Shown: positions 39,633 to 54,400 of the stretch, piece after piece
Numbering within the stretch: position 1 is the stretch's first letter
Layout of the letters: the number at the start of each line of letters is the position of its first letter
Source: Octopus vulgaris
Taxonomy: Eukaryota
Assembly: GCA_951406725.2 (NCBI GenBank)
Contig: OX597818.1
Span: forward strand, 108,624,001 to 108,688,000
Direction of reading: 5' to 3'
DNA length: 64,000 nt
Notes under the pieces: model-generated
What the model was told of the DNA's origin: nothing
The model's input: the letters and a program-made list of their open reading frames with translations, nothing else
Database searches by the model: none
Program-made: the position numbers and the translations under genes

Positions 39633-40599
39633 GTGTGTGTAGCTTGACAAGTGCCAAAGCACAAAGCTTTTTGCTCTTAAGTCACTCCAACTTCTGCTGA
39701 TTATTAACAAAAATATACAGACTCATATTTTAAGTTCTCTTTTACAGTTTGCATCACCAAACAATATGTATATATGTGATATGTGTGTTTGTGAGTGTGC
39801 ACATGCAGATATCTATTTTTTGCTGATGTGCGTGTCTGTGTGTGTGTGTGTGCAAAAATCAGTCAACTAATTCTTTACATTGAATGCATTCAAACAAAAA
39901 TAACTGATTGTGGTTTATTGTTGGATCTCAGCTTGAACCCTTTGCCCACCTACCTTTGTGCTGTCCATGATAAGACAATCTGTGTGGTCCTCTTTTCAAA
40001 TTCATTACCAACCAAGTAGGACAGCATAGATTTCACCATTTACCATTATGAAAATTGTTTGCATTATGTGTTTTATACTCCCCCACACAAAAAAAGAAAA
40101 AAAAAAAGCCCTCACTATTTTAGATAGGATCTATACTAGTATGTGTATGCGTGTGTTTGTGTACACACACACACAGTGAGAGGAAAATGAAAGTTCTGTG
40201 GAGAAAGAAAATGTATTAAAAATATCAAATTGTTCAATGAATGCGTTTTAAGATCATATTTTGTGTATGTGTGTGTTGTAGCAGGAGAAATGCTAATGAG
40301 AGCTGCTACAAAGTTATCTGGTTCTTGTGATTGTAAAGTAACATATCTGAAAAGGATTGTGTGTGACAGCTGTGCTTGTGAAGGGGGAGGTGGTGTTGGC
40401 CGTGATTGTTGTTATGCTTTGTGGTGGTCATGGTTGTGATGGGAGGAGTATTGATGATGATAATGACGACGATGATGATAGTTATGGTGATGAAAGGGGA
40501 GACGTTGTTGTTGCTGGTGCCATTGATGTGTTGTGTGGGGGGTGGGGACTGGGAAGAACTGAAGGTGACACTGGATGTCGGAGTGCAGGTGGCAGTGAG

Positions 40600-40968
40600 C
40601 ATCATCATCATCTTCATCATCGTTTAACGTCCGCTTTCCATGCTGGCATGGGTTGGATGGCTTGACTGAAGACTGGCAAGCCAGGAGGCTGCACCAGGCT
40701 CCAGTCTGAACTGGCAGTGTTTTTACAGCTGGATGCCCTTCCTAACACCAACCACTCCAAGAGTGTAGTTGGTGCTTTTTACTTGCCACCAGCATGAAGA
40801 CCAGTCAGGCGATTCTGGCAATGACCATGCTCAAAAGGTGTTTTATTATATGCCACCCGCATGGGAGCCAGTCCGGCGGCACTGGCTACGACCACCTTGA
40901 ATGTTGTTTTTCATGTGCCTGTAAGTTGATGTTGACAACGATCACGCTCAAATGGTGCTTTTTATGTG
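40600..40968 (-). mobile_element. RTE 3' UTR fragment
   Basis: (CAT)n cgtttaacgtcc start and conserved core. Confidence 0.85.
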
Positions 40969-41339
40969 GTGATTTGTATTATTCCTGCTGTCGTTGTTGC
41001 TGTTGTTGTTGCAGTGTATGTTACGAACTTTTGTGTGTTTCAATGGTTATAATGTAACCTCTTTGCTCTTTGCCACCTCTACAGAGACGCTCACACACGC
41101 ACACACACACACAAAGAGTTAAAAGAACAATAATAAGAGCAAGTCTAACGATCAAGTCTAAAGCTGCCCAAACAATGAACTCTTTTAGTTTCCATTTACC
41201 AATATTCTGCAGCAGTTTATGTCTGGAGTCAACAATTGAGAACAATTTCCTCTAGACACGCAAACAAGGAGTGCCAAAGCAATTTTATTGTGATGATGTG
41301 TTTTTTCTTGTTTTATCTTTAGCATGTCTTGATTCATTA

Positions 41340-42020
41340 AAGAAAAACAGAGATAGACAGAAAATACGGCTGGAAATAAAATAAATCATAAAACAGTTTT
41401 TAAACGAAAACATAAAAGATGATAAAAATATTCAAAAATATAAAAATGTTGAAGCTAATACAAAATAGAATATAATCAAAGTATAACAAAAAAAAGACAT
41501 AATGTAAATATATAAAATGTATTGAAAGATAAATAGATATATATGAATATATAATAAAAATATAATCCAATATAAAATATAACTGAAATAAAAACAAATA
41601 TATAAAAAATACAAAATTCAAGAATAAAAATAGTTAAATAAAAAAAAATACAGCAAAGCAAATAAAGATGTACAAAAGTGCTATCAATAATAAAATAAAT
41701 AAATAAAATAATGAAATCTTATTTAAAGGAAATTATAATAATAATAAAAGTAATAAATAACGTTAAAAATGAAAAAGTGATAATAAAAATATATAAATAA
41801 AGATAACAAAAATATAAGAAGTAAAAATAAATCTCAAAAACATTTAAAAGAAATAATTGTAAAAATAATGATTAGTTTATTGCCACAAGGACACTGAATG
41901 AAGACATTACAATAAATTAGAAAATGGGGTGGGGTGGGGGGAGATTGTAGAATTATAAAAGTGAGTAAAGAACATGAGATCAAATAAAAAAAAAATATGT
42001 AAAATACAATGAAAATGTTG
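41340..42020. repeat. A-rich low-complexity tract
   Basis: Almost only A/T with a strong A skew on the + strand. Confidence 0.85.
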
Positions 42021-42784
42021 CAATAAGGAGACAACCACTTAGAACTAATCAGGGAACCCCACAGATCACAGATTAGCTACGGGGGGGGGGGACGTATGAT
42101 CTCTAAGCCTATGGACATACCTTCAGAACGGGCCACACTTTCCTCTCTTATTTAGCTTTCAACATATTCACTTACTAGGGGGCAGCACTTGCTTGCTTCT
42201 TTACTCTTGCTTCTTATTGTGGGATGTGAAAAAGTTAACGATGGTTTTACCCGAAATGACAAAAAATGTTTGTCCTTTGTTCTTTCCGTCGTTTCTCCCA
42301 TTACACTCCATCGTTCATCACAGCAGCCATCCAGGAAAAGGCATCCAAATGAAGTGAAGGAATCAACCTTCACAATGGACTCAGCTGACTTACAACAATA
42401 TTGTTACTGGAGACCATTACTAAACTTTTATTCAAATCCATGGGTTCACTGACCCCTGGCCACATTCCTTGGTCAATGACTGCCTCACAACATCGCAGAT
42501 GACAGACACTGACCATCAGTTCTGTTTAAAGAGGCAAGCTATCCTTTTCACCTCCTGTGGTCGTTCTGGAGCACTGTCTTGAAGAATTTTTAGTTGAATG
42601 AATCAACCCCAGGACTTTCTTTCAAGCCTGGTACATATTCTATTGATCTCGTTTGCTGAACTGTTAAGTTAGAGGGACATAAACACACCAACACTGGTTG
42701 TCAAGTAGAGGTGGGGACAAACACAGAAAAGATGACACACAAACGCACTTACACAAACATACTCACACACACACATGATAGGCT

Positions 42785-44000
42785 TCTTGGTCATTAGAGT
42801 GAAGAAACAAGCCTGGAAAGACTGGAAGAATGGTGGTGGCAGAGAACTATATCAGGTAGCTAAGGAGGGAGGCTAGAATACAGGTACACTTAGCCAGGGG
42901 ATAAGCAGAAAGGAGGAAGTTAGCCGATGTTCTGTGGTGTGAGAACCAGAGGCTTGAAGTGTTTCAGATTGCAAGAACAGTGTGTCAGAGAAAATCATGA
43001 TGTGATAGGAGAGAAATGTGTTTGTATGGAAGATGGCTAACTTGCAGTTGATGATTCCGCAAAGACAGAGGCTTGAAAGTGTTACTATAAAAGACTGCTT
43101 AATGTAGAGAACGCATGGGACAAGGAGAACCTGCCTAATGTGGACCCAACAGCAGGACTGGCTATTCAAATCAACTGTAAAGAAAGTAATTATGGATATG
43201 AAGACAGGGAAAGTCTCTGACCCATTAGGAATCACTGCTGAGATGCTTAAAATATCTTGCAACGTGGGATATGACCTGGTCATCCATATAGTTAATCAGG
43301 TTGTCCACGAGGGTACCACCCAATGACTGGTGTAGCTGCATTACAGTCAACTGCTACAAAGGCAAAGGTGATGCCCCAGACAGAAATAATTGGTGAGGCG
43401 TCAACTTGCTGGACCAGGTGATGGAAGTTGCAGAAAGGTCATTGCTCAATTAATTAGAGAGTTAGCATAGATGAGATTTGTGCCAGGTAGAAACACCACC
43501 TGGGCTATCTTCCTGGTGAGGCAACTGCAGGAGAAATTCTTGGCCAAAAGTAAACCTCTATATCTGGCTTTTGTTGACATGGAGAGGGCTTCGATAGAGC
43601 CCCCACTCCTTTATCTGGGGAGCAATCCAGAAACTAGGGATAGACAAGTGGTTGGTGAGAGCTGTACAAGCCAGATGAAGGGGATACCATTGTTAAAGTG
43701 AGAATTGCCAAAGAGTGTAGCAAGGAGTTTAGTGTACAAGTACGTGTCCACCAGGGGTCAGCTCTTAGCCCTCACTTCTTATTTATCATGGTCCTCCAAG
43801 CTATAACTGAGGAATTTAAGACAGGCTGCCCATGGGAGACCCTCTCTGCCTGATGACCTTGTTCTTATTGCTGAATCACTACCAGAACCAGAGACGAAGT
43901 TTCAGGTATGGAAGCAAGGTTTTGAATCAAAAATTAAAATATTGATAAGTAGGAAAACAGACAAATTACAGACCCCTTCAGGGAGTCAACCCTGCTCTTT
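42785..44000 (+). mobile_element. RTE LINE RT fragment
   Basis: MKTGK..ITAEMLK; FVPGRNTT.AIFLVRQLQEKFLAK..LAFVDME; HQGSALSP; DDLVLIAE. Confidence 0.9.
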
Positions 44001-44455
44001 CTACCATTCCATTTTCCTTTCAAAACTATTAATAGTGATTTCTAACTTAGACACACAGCCTTGAATTTATAGAAGGAGGACAATGACGAAGAGTTTTTAT
44101 TTACTAATTAGGTGTGGAGGAAGCGGCACAACCGATTGGCCTTTGTTGAACCTTGCTGACCAGTAAGAATGAGCTCAGTAACATCCATCTTGAGCCTTTG
44201 TAACTCAGCACCCGTAGAAAAGACAAGAGCAGGGAGGAAATTATTCCAGAGGGACAATATTCTGGGGGAAAAGGACTTGGTTTAATTAGGATGGACTAAG
44301 GGTTGGAGTCAGTGAGAGAAGAAACAAGTTGAATGGGGATGTTTGAATAACCTGTGTCTTGTTGGATTCAATGACCATTATAGTAGGCAGAAAGGGGAGA
44401 CGTAATCCTGAGGCTGGAATATGTAAGGTGACCCTTTTTTTTTTAGATAATCTAA

Positions 44456-44672
44456 AACTGGTTCTAAACTGCAGTCCATATGACCCTTGGGTAGCCATGT
44501 TTTGTTATTAAAATTTATGGGCACAAAGTGTTTTAACAAATATTTTTAATACAATTTCTGATTATATTCTAAAAATAAGATTTTTTAAGTATCAAATGGC
44601 TATGAGGGTCCAGCTGAGTAGTAATGGAGGGATCAAAAAGGTCCATAGGTAAAAAATGGCTGAAAACTACTG
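44456..44672. mobile_element. hAT/Charlie-like MITE (diverged)
   Basis: Colinear with 45635-45874. Confidence 0.6.
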
Positions 44673-44941
44673 GTTTAGAATCTCTGTGAGTGTAACAGCA
44701 GCATTAACACCATCCCAGAAGTGAGGGCAAGTCTTGTGGACCTTACCTGACTTTTGTAGAGTGTTAATAATTTGTTAATGGTTGGATTGATTTCTGGGTC
44801 TGAAAAGAAGGGACAGTTGTTGGGGTGTGACCCTAGCAATGTTAAGTATGTAATTTAACTGGGAGACATCTTCATTGATAGCAACAACGAATATTTGGCG
44901 CAATTTTGTGGGCTTTAGTTGAGTGCAGCTAATCAGGTTAA

Positions 44942-45155
44942 CCCTTTTGTTACCAGCCCAGCTGAAACCGGCTCTGTAGTACAAATGTCTTGTTTACATA
45001 AGTTTTGAATTAAAATCTTCCACCAAACCTTGGTCACAATTTATGTTCCTAACACTAGCTGAATGATAACCAAGTTATTTTACTAAATTCCTTGTCATGT
45101 TTAAAGTAATTGAAAGAAATAGAGAGCATTCAAGAGAAATCCAGTAATGGAATGG
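44942..45155. mobile_element. piggyBac-type MITE (same family as 9578-9799)
   Basis: TTAA|CCCTTT start, TTAA at the right end and a shared interior. Confidence 0.85.
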
Positions 45156-45634
45156 TTAAAGGTTTTGTTTTCTTGAATAAAAGACACAAGATTGGCAAAT
45201 CCTCTTTGCAGGATACTTTCAGTGTCCCTCTTCCTTGGCTCACTATGATGTCTGGGTGTCAATTTGGCACGTGGTACCCAGATTGAAATCCTCTTGACGC
45301 CATGTCTAAACTTCTGCTTCATTTTTATCAACTCTCAAAACAAAAAGAGAGGAAAAGTTGACTTGTATGGGATTTGAACTTAGAATGTAGATAACTGCAA
45401 CAAAAGGCATTTTTGCAAAGAGGTATTATCAGCTTTCTGAAGACTAAACCTGGGGACAAAGCAGAGTTAACAGAAAAACAATGAAATAACAAAGGAATAA
45501 AAAATATAAGAAAAAATAAGAAAAAAAGGATTTGTTGCACATTGAGAAAATGTGAGAGTTAAAGGGATATGAAACTATGGTGTCATTGTTTTGTGGGCAC
45601 CACATGTGAAATTGTTACAAGTATGGATCTCAGC

Positions 45635-45874
45635 CAGCGATTCTCAACTTGGGCCCGTATGAGGTTTTGTTGTTAAAAATTCTGTGCAAGAGACTGGTTA
45701 TGTTTCTACGTTACACAAAATATCTAAACATTTTTTAAATACAATTCCTAATAACATTTAATCATAAAAATAGATGTTTTTAGACATCAAATGGCTGTGA
45801 GGGGGTCCCCCTTCCCCAAGCAAAGTAGGGATCAAAACGGTCCATAGGTGAGAAAAAATGGTTGAGAACCCCTG
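45635..45874. mobile_element. hAT/Charlie-like MITE
   Basis: TIRs CAGCGATTCTCAAC / GTTGAGAACCCCTG. Confidence 0.7.
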
Positions 45875-46174
45875 ACCTAAGTAGACACATTGTCAACCAA
45901 GAATATTTAGGAAATTCCAAAATATAGTTTCGCTTAAAATGTTTATAGCTTCCTCTTTTTTTCCTGAAATCTGCCTTGATCTTAAGAAGTGATTTACGAA
46001 ATGGAAATTAAATGTGGAGAAAGATTTTTTTTCAATTAGAAGGAGAATAGTTTTTGAAAGAAATCTGTCTGACCTCCTTGCTGTATTGGTTCATAGTTTT
46101 GCTATTTTTGTCATATGAAGAACATCTGAGGGTAAACATCATTAGAAATTTGGCATAGGTGCTGTTGTTTAACC

Positions 46175-46227
<53 letters not shown>

Positions 46228-46604
46228 GCACTGGCTCTGACTGAGCAAATGATCTAAGACATTCCAGTTATGACTTTCCCACTTTTTGTTTAAATAATAC
46301 AAAATTTTTCAGTATGCACTTCCACTTTCAAGACAATATTCTGTGATGTGAAGTGTATTTGGCTGCTATTTTTAGCATGTTGAGCAGTCATGTAAAGGTT
46401 TTTGCATTGGTTCATGTATCATAGAGTATCTATGTGAGATTACCCTTGGGCCAAATATGCAGGAGTCACTGACAAGTCTCAAAGTTAACTGATCCGGGGA
46501 AGACTAGAATCCTGAATGGATCTTAAATGTCAGAATTTGCAGACGTGTCAAATGTCTGTCAAAGCTGTAGTTGGGACATGAGTCACTTATAGTTTCAAAG
46601 CCAG

Positions 46605-46890
46605 AAACAGACAGATGGACATTGTCTGACAGACAGACGGACATTGACTGACAGACAGACAGATGGACATTGACTGACTGACAGACGGACATTGACAGAC
46701 TGACAGACGGACATTGACAGACAGACAGACGGACACTGACTGACACACAGACGGACACTGACTGACAGACGGACATTGACTGACAGACTGGCAGACATTG
46801 ACTGACAGACAGGCAGACATTGACTAACAGATAGGCAGACATTGACTGACAGACACACTGCCAGGCAGGGAGACTGGCAGACAGGTAAGC

Positions 46891-46925
<35 letters not shown>
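46605..46925. repeat. (GACA/GACT)n-based minisatellite with a recurring GGACATT unit
   Basis: gacagacggacattgact variants repeated about 10 times. Confidence 0.9.
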
Positions 46926-47270
46926 GAGGCAGGCTCTGATAGACTGATGATGATGATGATGTAGGATGAAAAGGATAAAGCTCTTGAATGTAGCTGCAAC
47001 AACTATGAAACTCTAATGTGGACTACTACTGCTACTATTACACTTTTGCATCTATTATTAATGCTAAATAGACATATTAAAATGATAGATGTAGCATGTA
47101 AAATAAAAGAGCAGTTAGTGCCTATTGTAGAGATTTCGGCCAAAATTAGTTCTTTATTCAAATATATGATAATAATATTCAGTCATGAAAACTTATACAA
47201 AAATCCTAGAAAGAGGGGAAAATGAGAATAAATAAATAATTTGTTTGGCTTGCTTACGCACGCACGTGCG

Positions 47271-47302
<32 letters not shown>

Positions 47303-47505
47303 CAAACATACACACACATATATATATATATACAAACATACACACACACATATATATGCAAACATAAATACACACACACACACACATATATATATACAAA
47401 CATATAACTACACAAACATGAATACACATACATACATACAAACATAAATACACACACACACACATATATACAAATATATAACTACACAAACATAAATATA
47501 TACAA

Positions 47506-47550
<45 letters not shown>

Positions 47551-48204
47551 TATAAATACACACATATACATGTATGTTTATTATATATGTGATCTGAAAA
47601 AAAAATTCTTTCCCTACATAAATCTGTATTACACATACTGTACATATATATAATCTAATAAAATGTTTTGAAGGAAGTGTATTTCCCAGTGCATGTAGAG
47701 TGTAATTTCTAAGTGTCTAAGGGTGAGTCAGCCAGCTTAGTAAGATAAACAGTGCAAGGTCAGAATAGGGCAACGTAGACAACATAGAGCAATAAATTAT
47801 AGTATAATAGAGATAGATCAAATTAATGCAACAGTTGGATCAAAGACGGGGAATGAGAAGAGGGAATGAGAGGCTGTTTATTTATCTCATTTCGTTACAT
47901 TGCATCTTTTCAAATATGTGTGGGTGTACATGTATGTATTTATGGATGTAGGCATATGTATGTATAATGTATGTATATCTGTGTACTTATGCATGTATAT
48001 ATGTGTGTGCTCAGTTATGTATGTACATATGTATGCTTGCATTTATGTATACACCTATATGTATGTTTTCATTTTTGTTTACATATACGTATATGTGTGT
48101 GTGTGTGTCTGTACATATATGTACATGTATAGTCCAACACATGCATATATGTATATATGCATTTTGCTAAATATTAATATATATTCTCACATATTTGTGC
48201 AAAG

Positions 48205-49921
48205 CTACAAGTATCTTAGGTAAAATGATAAATGAGTACATTGTGTAAAGAAAATATGTTTATCTGAATGCCCTGCCAACAACAAGCATGTCACAACCAG
48301 CTCCTTCGCAGTCCCAATCTTATGATTTAGATCTGTCCTTTCTGAACTGGTTACCACAAGATTCAACTACATGATGGAAGAACTCAGAGTAGCCACTCTT
48401 GGCTTCCTCTGCAGTCTCAAAACGGCTTTGGCACCTGGTCCATGCACTTCTTACTTTGTTCCTGGGAAGATCTTTGAACTCCTTCTTGATCTTAGTCACC
48501 AACTTGGCCCTGGTGTTGCAGGCAGAGCAGTTGGAGTCTTTTTCAACCATGTCCCACACATAGTAATCCATGGGAATTAGGAGGCCAGAAATTGGGGCTG
48601 GTGAAGTTGTAGAAATGCTCCATCAACCACTTCTTACTCTTTCTGGAGTTATAGCAAGGCACCAAATCCTGCTGCCACACATAAAGCCTTCCAACTGTAA
48701 CCCCCTCCAACCAGGTTTTGAACACAGTCTCCAGCAGCTTTACACAACTGTCTAAATTAAAGACTAAAACCTTGTTCAAAAATATGGGGTGGCATGATGT
48801 CTCCTTCACTGGAGACACACCCAATGACCATTACAGTTTGGAGAAAGTTGGTTTTCATGATATGGGGGATATCAAATGTACTGTAAGCCAGCCACTTGTT
48901 GTTCTGGGTGTTGAGCAGAAGTCCTTTTTATTGTTGTTCTGGGTCATGGCAGAAGTCCTTTTTATCTGAAAAGCATCAAATCATCCCCAACTCAACAGGA
49001 TGCCATGATTTGTTCAGGAGTTTCTTTGCTTTTATCAAGTGGATGTCCCTGGCCTTCATTGTCAGTATTTGCCCTTTGCACCTATTAATCTTTACTCTTT
49101 TACTTGTTTCAGTCATTTGACTGTGGCCATGCTGGAGCACTGCCTTTAGTCGAGCAAATCGACCCCAGGACTTATTCTTTCTAAGCCTAGTACTTATTCT
49201 ATCAGTCTGTTTTGCTGAACCGCTAAGTTACAGGGACATAAACACACCAGCATCGGTTGTCAAGTGATGTTGGGGGGACAAACACAGATGCACAAACACA
49301 CACACACATATATATACATATACGATGGGCTTCTTTCAGTTTCTGTCTACCAAATCCACTCACAAGGCTTTGGTCGGCCCGAGGCTATAGTAGAAGACAC
49401 TTGCCCAAGGTGCCATGCAGTGGGACTGAACCCAGAACCATGTGGTTGGTAAGCAAGCTACTTACCACACAGCCACTCCTGCGTCTATTGTGTAAGTTGT
49501 AGCAAGGTTCTTGTTCAGGATCAACTTCATCATGGTGGCCCCCAACACCCATCTCTCTTACCAAATCCCAGATTCCTTTGCTTGGATTTCCTATCACCAT
49601 GTTCCGCAGTTGTTGAATGAATTCCGACATGCAGACACAGAACGTCTGCTGTGTCCCTTCCTTCTGGCCATGGCTACTTAATCCCTGTTGCAGTTGTCCA
49701 TGTCATGTCCTACAACCATTACAGTGTTCACAGAACATTGACCAGTACTCATGGTGTTGGCATTTTGATGGTTTCCTGCCCTCCACCTCACCTGACTTTT
49801 TCTCACCTACACTTTTAATCATTATGCTCTCCAATGCTGTTCACTGTTTATCCACACATCAAGTTGTTCCTAAAAAAAAGATGACATACAAAATCGTCAG
49901 ATTTATTCCTGACATCCTGTA
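48205..49921 (-). mobile_element. Tc1/mariner DD37D-like transposon, decayed, with a SINE insertion
   Basis: FSDKKDF, YVWQQDLVPCYNS..FWPPNS and MDYYVW (ORFs 48543-48824, 48320-48571). The right end reads TA-CAGGATGTC on the minus strand; the left TIR is poorly preserved. Confidence 0.85.
49090..49485 (-). mobile_element. SINE family 1 nested in the mariner
   Basis: Full-length reverse complement copy. Confidence 0.9.
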
Positions 49922-50949
49922 AACCCAGACTTGCAGGAATATCATACCTCAGCAAAGGTCTGGGAATGAAACACACTGCAGAGCATGAAAAGGTTATGCA
50001 TGGATATATTTTCCCATAAACTTGAGGGTGTTGACAATATCAACATGAAGTGCAGCCTTTCTTGGAATCACAACCATTATGTCACATCACATCTGAAAGG
50101 TTAGGCTTTTGCAATCCAAGAACAAAATAACTAATGAATAAAAGAGATTGTGGAAAGAGGAACTCCTGAGATACAGCAAACAAATGTTGCTTCTATTACA
50201 GTTCTGTGGAATATGATACACATTTGACAAGCAGCTCCTAAAAACGTCATTGCAACATGATGACATTGCAAAAACAATAAACATGGTGACCCACTGCAAA
50301 TGGGGTAAATGCAGATGATATTCTTATTGAATACATTTCAATACAGTAATTATTGGTAGAACATTTCTCTCAAATGCATTTCTATCAGGCTTGATATAGT
50401 TGTTTGGAACAGGAAACGAAAAAAATCATTTACTGTCAAGGGGCAACAATGCTCTTCACAGGTGAACTTTTCTTTTGAATTTGTAAGAAAGAATATTTAT
50501 GCACAATTGCTTCAAAACCTACATCTTCATACTAATTATAAGTTCCATTTATTCTACTAATTAATGATAATTAATATGGCTAGATAAGCAAATGTTTAAG
50601 TCATGAAGTAAAATGAAGATTTTTTTCAGGAAAAGAAAGTACATTACTGATACAAACATGATCTTTAAATGAAGCAGTAAAAAAAAAAATCTTTTTTTTA
50701 CTAAAGTTTACCTCTTGAACCTATTGAACCTATTGGGGGTTTTATGCAAATTCTAGCAGTGGAACTTTGTTTCTCTGTCAGACACCAGTTCTGTCACAAA
50801 AGGAAGAATTCAAGTAATTAAAAACAAAAAATGAAGCATGCATATACACATATACATGAATGCACACATATACATACATATACATGCATACACACATGCT
50901 TACACAGTATCTCAATGAAAAGAGAAGGGCAGTACTTGTGAGCCTTTAA

Positions 50950-51169
50950 CCCTTTAGCGTTCATATTAATTTGTCAAAAATAATCCTTATTTATTCACAT
51001 TTAAAAAAGTTTATCTGATATTATTTTGTAGCTTCAAGATAGGAAAGATGTAATTGCTTATTTTTAGAATGACATTGCAGGGTAGGTGTGAGATGCATGT
51101 TCTGGCCAGTTTGAGCATAAAATGTGTAGAATATTTGGGCCGGATATAGCTGGTTTAAACACTAAAGGG
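50950..51169. mobile_element. piggyBac-type MITE (second family)
   Basis: TTAA|CCCTTTAGCGTT ... AACACTAAAGGG|TTAA. Confidence 0.85.
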
Positions 51170-52010
51170 TTAAGGGCCTATGTGAGTGGTAGTGGGAGGT
51201 GGGGAGGAAGCTATCTTCCAACCAGACACCAAAGCTGAATGCTTGAAACAAAGTAGACTCCTCTAAATGCAATCAACGGCCAGGTGATGGATTAAGTCCA
51301 CCATACAGACCAAGGCAAGATTTGAACTCAGAACATCAAGCTTCAGATCAAATATTGTGAGATATCTCCTCGCACTCTAGCATTTCTGCTGCTGCCCCTT
51401 TCCACCCTGTATTGACACTGAATTTGTCGTCTTAGAAAAGATGAAAGCCAGAATGCAAAGGACTGGAATAAATACCACAAGGTATTTTGTCTAACAAGGC
51501 AATGTACGTATTTATGTGTATATACATGTGCAGATGGATGTTTGTATGTCTGCCTACGTGTGCTTGCATGCATGCATCACTGCATATGTGGGTTTATGTT
51601 TGCATTTCCTTTGTGGAAGTCATAATGGCTAACACAAACAGAGGCGCTGTGACTCATTGCCATTCAGTTACATTGATGTCAGAGAAACTGAATAGAAACG
51701 AACTTCTTCAGGGAAAAAACAAAATATATGAAGACAAGAGCAAACTACGTATTCGTGGTAGGAGAGATTGCTTTTGAGAAGGTCAGGCCAGTTTGGTTTA
51801 ATATGGTGTGAATTGATCAGAAATATGTAACAAGATTTGTGAGTGGAATGGCAGTCTGTGTGGGAATGGAGAGATAGGAAGGTGATGGGAGTGGCACATG
51901 TGGTGGGGTGGGGAATAAATGGTAACAAGTATTGGTGAGGCAGAGGAGGAGATTGTAAAACTTGTAATTTCAAATTTTGGGAATACTATGTGTATGAGGA
52001 TTTTATATAA

Positions 52011-52042
<32 letters not shown>

Positions 52043-52062
52043 GAATGACAGTAATGTGTGTG

Positions 52063-52096
<34 letters not shown>

Positions 52097-52224
52097 ACAT
52101 ACACACACATGGATGGATGTATAATATACCTATATATGTGTATATATACATACACATATAAAATGTATGCAAATACATATCTGTAGGCATACATACATAC
52201 AAATGTATATCACACACATATCTA

Positions 52225-52363
<139 letters not shown>

Positions 52364-52559
52364 TTCTACATTTATTTGTGTGTGTATATAGTTAGATGGC
52401 TAGTAAGATAACAGGATAATGCCATTAGTAGGAGAAGTTAAGAAAGTCTATAAAAGAAGATGGAATGTAGCAAAGTACAAGAATGTCAATGGAGGTTTAA
52501 TTTTCTATAATAGGTTTTTGGATATAAAAATAGATAGGTAGATAGGACGATAGGTAAAT

Positions 52560-52893
52560 AGATAGATTATCCTGCATATGGCATGTAATGTAGAGTGAAC
52601 CTTGCTGCTGGGTGTTGTGATCACTTTTGAATCAAAGATTCTTCATCAGACTTCCTGGTTTTTTAATTCTCTCTCTTTTTTTTTCTCTTTTCTCTTTTAC
52701 TTGTTTCAGTCATTTGACTGCAGCCATGCTGGAGCACTGCCTTCAGTCGAGCAAATCAACCCCGGGACTTAGCTTTGTAAGCCCAGTACTTATTCTATCG
52801 GTCTCTTTTGCCGAACAGCTAAGTGACGGGGACGTAAACACACCAGCATCGGTTGTCAAGCAATGCTAGGGGGACAAACACAGACACACAAAC

Positions 52894-52926
<33 letters not shown>

Positions 52927-54400
52927 CATATATATGACAGGCTTCTTTCAGTTTCTGTCTACCAAATCCACTCACAAGGCTTTGGTCAGCCCGGGGCTAT
53001 AGCAGAAGACACTTGCCCAAGATGCCACGCAGTGGGACTGAACCCGAAACCATGTGGTGTTGGCTTCTGTTGATTAATATTCGTGGAAGCAATAAATGTG
53101 TTTCTATGCTTCTAGCTTATTATGGTGGTCCAGGTTTGGTGTTTGTCTCCTAAAGAAATGTGCCTCTGTAATTCTGAGGTCGACAGCATTCCCCTCCGCC
53201 ACACCCCTGCTAGTAACTGATGTTGTTGTGCCTCGAGGCTGATGATAATCCAGTTCTTTTGAGAAAAAGACAAAGAGAGACATTTCTCCTCTCAGATACA
53301 GCACATCCAAAAATACTGATGTATGGGGCCATTAGCAAACTCAACTGCCACCTGAGCAGGTGTGACGAAGCTGGGAGAGAGAACTTAGTATGGACAGATT
53401 TCAATAAGATGCTGTATCTAAGGGGACACAAGCAAGGTTTCATAGAGAAAGTGCATGACACAGTAAGCAGACAGGTATGTGGATGCTGTGAGGGGCCTGC
53501 ACATGAGGCCAAACAGAACAGCAAAGTCCACACCGACAGCAGTCAATAGACTTACAAATCAACAAATCTTGACACCAGATGGACATATAGCAGCAGAGCT
53601 GGTGTCGAGAATGGCCAACAAACCAGTGACGACAGCAACCACTGCTACAACAATGGCAATGACTAGACTGGCACCATTGAGACTGAAGAAGTGACAAACT
53701 TGACAATATAAGGAGAGAAGAATGACAGAAGGAAGAAATGGGGGAAGAATAAACATGGGTCTGCTGCATTGCTCTCTCATGTTATGGAGAAACAATAGAA
53801 AATAATGTAAAAAACCAGCATCAGAAGCTCTTACTTCTGTGTTAGAATCATGAGACAGAACCCCTCACCCAGAAATTATCTCACACAGCAACAACGATGA
53901 CACTCTGGATGCATGGCCCCTAAATCAAGGACTAACCAGAATGATCTCACCAACAGACAGTATCCTGCTGTGTTTAAGATCAAAGGCACTATACCAGATG
54001 ACATATTCCTGTGGAGCAACATACATAGGATCAACCAAAGACAAATTCACCAAAGGATTAAGGAGCATTTGTACAAGGCCACACCACCCAGCACTGTATT
54101 CCAATACCAGCAATATTGTAAAGGGTTTTTTTTTTCACCTGGATACTATTAATGGGGATGGATGCCCTCAACTTCAGAACTTCAGAGGCTCACTTCATTA
54201 GGAGAAGAGCACCAAGCCTGTATGGAAAAACATTTACTGCTTCCAGGAGTATTATTAATTGGCACTAGCCAATGTTTAGGAAATAAGCAAGTCTGATAAA
54301 GAATCTTTGATTCAAAAGCACTCACAATGCAATGGACTAAAACTTTCAGCAGCAAGGCTTGTTCCAGGTTACTTGCCATATGTAGAGTGATCTATCCACC
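52560..54400 (+). mobile_element. 5'-truncated Penelope-like element (RT thumb plus GIY-YIG) with an inverted copy of its 3' end upstream
   Basis: MLYLRGHKQGFIEK (thumb); ALYQMTYSCGATYIGSTK (GIY-YIG, ORF 53941-54201); EAHFIRRRAPSL. Pseudo-LTR 54275-54400 is inverted relative to 52560-52660. Confidence 0.8.
52692..53058 (-). mobile_element. SINE family 1 (head truncated)
   Basis: Reverse complement of family 1 tail and core. Confidence 0.9.

Larger units (their letters stand above)
44110..45310 (-). mobile_element. Old CR1/L2-group LINE 3' relic interrupted by two MITEs
   Basis: Minus-strand ILQRGFANLVSF, LLTLYKSQVR..HFWDG and SFSPRILSLWNN remnants. Confidence 0.65.

Noticed and set aside
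46504-47002. Ser/Val/Cys-rich ORFs
   Set aside because: Translation of the GACA-based minisatellite.
51640-51990. Possible further Penelope RT relic on the minus strand (TDCHS-like motif)
   Set aside because: Too degenerate to support by eye.
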